From: Candidatus Acetothermia bacterium
Lineage (GTDB): Bacteria > Bipolaricaulota > Bipolaricaulia > M55B111
Length of the DNA: 10,709 nt
Assembly: GCA_046543235.1 (NCBI GenBank)
Contig: JBKGZT010000048.1
Location: 1 to 10,709, forward strand
Direction: 5' to 3'
The position numbers and the translations under genes are program-made. Positions 7,799 to 10,709 of this stretch are shown in pieces. Each line of letters begins with the position of its first letter. The stretch's first letter is position 1. Below the pieces are notes generated by a model. The model saw nothing but the letters and a program-made list of their open reading frames with translations. It was not told the DNA's origin and did no database searches.

Positions 7799-8680
7799 TC
7801 AGGTCCTATCCCTCGGTACGATGATTCTCCTGGCGGACGGGGCGGCCTCAATTGTGACCGGAGTGGACCCTTTTAGCTCCCCGTCGTACATCCCCGCTAA
7901 CCCGTTCTCCGATCTTATTTTTATAGAGCGACCCCGGAAGAACTCGATTTTTGGGTGATCCACGTGAGCGCCGCTGTACACGCCTCGCAGGGCGGTGGTT
8001 AACTCGATTCTCCCTAACTCGTGAATCAAAGCCACGTCCAGTAACCCGTCGGAAGGATCGGCGTGAGGTATCAACTTTATGCCGCCGCCGGTATACCTGC
8101 AGCTGGCGACGAATACCGCGCTGGCGGAGTAGATTGTTTTTTCCCCGTCGACCTCCAGCTCGATCTGGTAAGAGGTAAGCTGGGTGATGGATCTTACGAG
8201 GCCGAGCAGGTAGACGAAAAGCCCTCTGGCTACTCCGTTTCTGTGCAGTTCGACGTTTTTCACTACTTCTGCCGGGAAGCCGACACCCATGAAGTTGAAC
8301 AGCTTACCTTCACTTGTCCCCAGATCGACTTTCCTGGGGTCCCCGTTGAAAAACGTATCGACTGCACGACGAGCGTCTTTCGGAACCCCAAGACAACGGG
8401 CAAAATCGTTCCCCATGCCTGCAGGAATGATCCCAATCTTAGTCTTCGGCGAAGCGATTCCGTTCAATACCTCCATTACGGTCCCGTCTCCGCCCGCTGC
8501 CACGAGGGTCTTGCCTTTCCATTCCAGCTTTTCGGCAAGCTGAGTCGCGTGGCCGGGTGAATCCGTCCAGTGGATTCGGTAAGTCACTTCTCTGTCGTTC
8601 AAGATTTTTTCTACTTTGTTAAGAACTTTTTTCGACTTACCCCCGCCTGCAACCGGATTGGCAATAATTTCTATTTGCAT
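7799..8680 (-). CDS. Diacylglycerol kinase family lipid kinase (DagK/YegS/BmrU)
   Basis: Motifs 'IIANPVAG', 'AAGGDGTVMEVLNG', 'IIPAGMGNDFAR', 'YTGGG', 'DGLLDV' and 'DGE'. GGGAGG SD upstream. Confidence 0.93.
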   Translation of the reverse strand: MQIEIIANPVAGGGKSKKVLNKVEKILNDREVTYRIHWTDSPGHATQLAEKLEWKGKTLVAAGGDGTVMEVLNGIASPKTKIGIIPAGMGNDFARCLGVPKDARRAVDTFFNGDPRKVDLGTSEGKLFNFMGVGFPAEVVKNVELHRNGVARGLFVYLLGLVRSITQLTSYQIELEVDGEKTIYSASAVFVASCRYTGGGIKLIPHADPSDGLLDVALIHELGRIELTTALRGVYSGAHVDHPKIEFFRGRSIKIRSENGLAGMYDGELKGSTPVTIEAAPSARRIIVPRDRT

Positions 8681-8907
8681 TTGCCTCCCGATTCATGTTA
8701 TAAAAGTTCTTGTGTAAGGTGTTCGTCATTGGTTGCGTGCCATCGATTATATAGGCAATGTTAACCGTTTTTCGATCTGAAGCAATATGTACGCGGGATT
8801 TGTCCCCGAAACCCTTGAAATCGTCTGCTGGATTGGAATATATTTAAATCAAATGCAGGTAAGGTTTGGTTTTTGGGCCCGTTTCGTCGGTTGTTTACTG
8901 ATTATAC

Positions 8908-8937
8908 TTGTATTCTGCGGTGAAACCCCGTTATAAT
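8908..8937 (+). promoter_or_regulatory. Putative sigma70-type promoter of hup
   Basis: TTGTAT (8908-8913), 18-nt spacer, TATAAT (8932-8937). A second candidate, TTGAAA-N18-TATATT, lies at 8815-8844. Confidence 0.5.
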
Positions 8938-8989
8938 CGGGATTACGGTTTAGTAGGCAAATTAAACCCAACAGGAGGTAAAATTTCAC

Positions 8990-9316
8990 ATGAACAAGGG
9001 CGAGTTTGTCGACAGATTGAGTGAAGCTACCGGTTTTACCAAGAAGGACTCCAAGAAGGCCCTGGATTCGGTCATCGAGATCATCACGGAGGCGTTGAAG
9101 GACAACGAAGAGGTTCTGTTGACCGGTTTTGGTAAGTTCGAAACCAGGTCTAGGAAGGCTACTGAAAGGATCAACCCTCAGACCGGAGAGAAGATCAAAG
9201 TCCCGAGCAAGGTGGTTCCGGCGTTCAAGACGGGCAAGAACCTGAAAGAAGGAGTCAGGGAAAGCCTTAAGGCAGTAGAAAAGAGTTCCGGCGATCTGAA
9301 GATCGAGAAGAAGTAA
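8990..9316 (+). CDS. hup: HU family DNA-binding protein
   Basis: Motifs 'MNKGEFV', 'GFGKFE', 'RINPQTGEKIKVP' and 'PAFKTGKNLKE'. Strong AGGAGGT SD. Confidence 0.95.
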   Translation: MNKGEFVDRLSEATGFTKKDSKKALDSVIEIITEALKDNEEVLLTGFGKFETRSRKATERINPQTGEKIKVPSKVVPAFKTGKNLKEGVRESLKAVEKSSGDLKIEKK

Positions 9317-9359
9317 CTGTTTATCACGGGTCGGTTGTTGCGGAGAAAGCTTTTTCGTT

Positions 9360-9668
9360 ACTGAACGGTTTTTCGTGACTAAAAGGCTATGAAGCTATTT
9401 CGCAGGGGACGATTACGTGTTCCCTGCGAAATGGCGTTATTAGGTTTTAACCTTTCACGACACTGTGGCTCGAAAACCCCGGTGTCCAGTTCGGTTGAAG
9501 TGTTTGCCGATTTCCTTCGATAACAGAAGGTATTGAGTAAAGCGTAAAACTGATATCTGACACAAAACTGTTGAACTAGTCTACTGCCCCCGATTACGGG
9601 ATTAACCTGGGTTGTTCCGTTCGGCATCTCGGTAGTAGTTCAAGTGTACTTACCTGGGAAGAAACACT
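9360..9668 (+). ncRNA. Candidate structured ncRNA, family unresolved (possibly 6S-like)
   Basis: Multiple stems lie in a long gap between convergent genes, with motifs recalling 6S RNA. Boundaries and strand are uncertain. Confidence 0.3.
9394..9435 (+). other. 17-bp RNA hairpin (terminator-like, or part of a structured RNA)
   Basis: GCTATTTCGCAGGGGAC (9394-9410) pairs with GTTCCCTGCGAAATGGC (9419-9435). Both non-Watson-Crick pairs are G-U on the + strand. Confidence 0.7.
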
Positions 9669-9700
9669 GAAGGTTGGCCGGTCGATGAGATAAAAATAAC

Positions 9701-10621
9701 CTAAAGGCCAATTATCAAAGGCACCAGGAGCGGTACCAGAGAAGAAAGTACTGCTCCACTGAAGAAAGCAGGAAGTACAATTTCTTTCCCACCTAGTTCC
9801 CTTAAGAGGGGCAACGTGACGTCCATCGTCGTCGCTCCGCCCGGAGCTATGGATACTATTTTTCCGAGATATCTCACGGCAACGGGTAGTATAAGGAAAG
9901 TTAGAAGCTCCCGGAAAGTATTTGCGAGGAACGCTATGGCTCCCAGCTCGGGGCCGCTGAGCTTGGTTAGCAGGATGGCCGATAGGCTGTACCAGCCGAA
10001 ACCCGCGCCTACGGCCGCGGTTTCTACCGGCGAAGTTTGAACTAAAAAGCTTGCCAGCAAAGGGCCGAGAATGCTTCCGGTGGCTATGCTCAGGGGGATC
10101 AAGACTATCTTCCAGCCGAACCTTGAAGCCTGCTTGAAGACGGATTTGTTCAAACCGAGTGAAATTCCAACGGCAAGGAGTAGGAGGCCCAGGGTGTAGT
10201 TGATGGCGGTGTCGATCGTCGCCGTGAACCCTGACCCAATGAAGGTATATCCGAGCAGGGCTCCAATTAATATCGCGACGAGGATGGCGCCGGTCAGCTT
10301 TAGGTGGATTTTGCCGGAACCATCATTTATTTTGCTTGCCTCTTCCGAAATACACCGCAAGGCCGGGGAAATCAGTCCCAATAAAATCACGCTTCCGACG
10401 ATGCTGGCCACGGCTATGACGAGGGAAATAAGCCCGATATTTCCTATGCTGGAAAGAATCTCGCCGTCGGAACCTATCTTTGTTCCCATTAGGGCGAGCA
10501 ATATTAGGAGGGCAAACTTCGACATTGGACCTTCAATTCGGCTCAATACCCCCGGCCAGAGCTCGAAGTAACCGAGCGCCAATCCAATCAGCAGAGGTGG
10601 AAAGATGATCCATATATCCAC
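9701..10621 (-). CDS. Lysine exporter LysO (YbjE/DUF340) family membrane protein
   Basis: Multi-TM protein with 'GAGFGWYSLSAILL', 'AFLANTFRELL' and 'GGATTMDVTLP'. GTG start with a GAGGGGG SD. Substrate is inferred from the family only. Confidence 0.9.
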   Translation of the reverse strand: MDIWIIFPPLLIGLALGYFELWPGVLSRIEGPMSKFALLILLALMGTKIGSDGEILSSIGNIGLISLVIAVASIVGSVILLGLISPALRCISEEASKINDGSGKIHLKLTGAILVAILIGALLGYTFIGSGFTATIDTAINYTLGLLLLAVGISLGLNKSVFKQASRFGWKIVLIPLSIATGSILGPLLASFLVQTSPVETAAVGAGFGWYSLSAILLTKLSGPELGAIAFLANTFRELLTFLILPVAVRYLGKIVSIAPGGATTMDVTLPLLRELGGKEIVLPAFFSGAVLSSLVPLLVPLIIGL

Positions 10622-10709
10622 CTGAAAACACCCCCCTCGGCATTTCGAATGAATTTATCGAAAAACAAATTTTTACAACTAAACCTATGAAGGATAGGAA
10701 AAGGGGGTT

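Noticed and set aside
9377..9583. Group I intron P7-like GACTA/TAGTC pair, and group II domain V-like GAGCC..GTGAAAG on the minus strand
   Set aside because: No interrupted host gene, no P/Q elements, and the domain V-like sequence does not pair into a hairpin.
9379..9627. 82-aa minus-strand ORF in the hup-lysO gap
   Set aside because: No clear SD or recognisable motif, and it overlaps the structured region. It cannot be fully excluded.
9581..9661. Cobalamin or lysine riboswitch (CTGCCCCCG, CTGGGAAG; lysO neighbour)
   Set aside because: The other core motifs are missing or out of order, and the region is downstream of both flanking genes.
9317..9700. tmRNA, RNase P RNA or SRP RNA
   Set aside because: No tRNA-like ends (GGGG...TCCACCA), no GAGGAAAGTCC/ACAGAA P4 signature and no SRP domain IV motif. 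The minus-strand GCAAAC does not begin a tag peptide ending in Ala-Ala-stop.
156..10571. Remaining short ORFs in the six-frame track
   Set aside because: Antisense or off-frame shadows of well-supported genes, without recognisable motifs.

Overview
Bacterial chromosomal window with no mobile element, CRISPR array, rRNA or tRNA seen. Left, on the minus strand, is a tightly coupled putative operon: Nif3-like (YqfO-type) protein, coiled-coil C4 zinc-ribbon protein, TPM-domain membrane protein with a C-terminal Zn ribbon, and VanZ-family protein. Divergent from it on the plus strand are a GH130 glycoside phosphorylase-like gene, a ~775-aa GT4 glycosyltransferase fused to a probable (alpha/alpha)6 domain, and a secreted purple-acid-phosphatase-like metallophosphoesterase. 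These are followed by a DagK/YegS lipid kinase (-), HU (+) and a LysO-family exporter (-). Two items most deserve follow-up. One is the ~380-nt, heavily base-paired gap between the convergent hup and lysO-like genes, a candidate ncRNA with some 6S-like motifs. The other is the GH130 plus GT4-fusion pair, a possible mannoside synthesis/turnover module of unknown product. All calls come from motif recognition by eye; no searches or folding programs were run.
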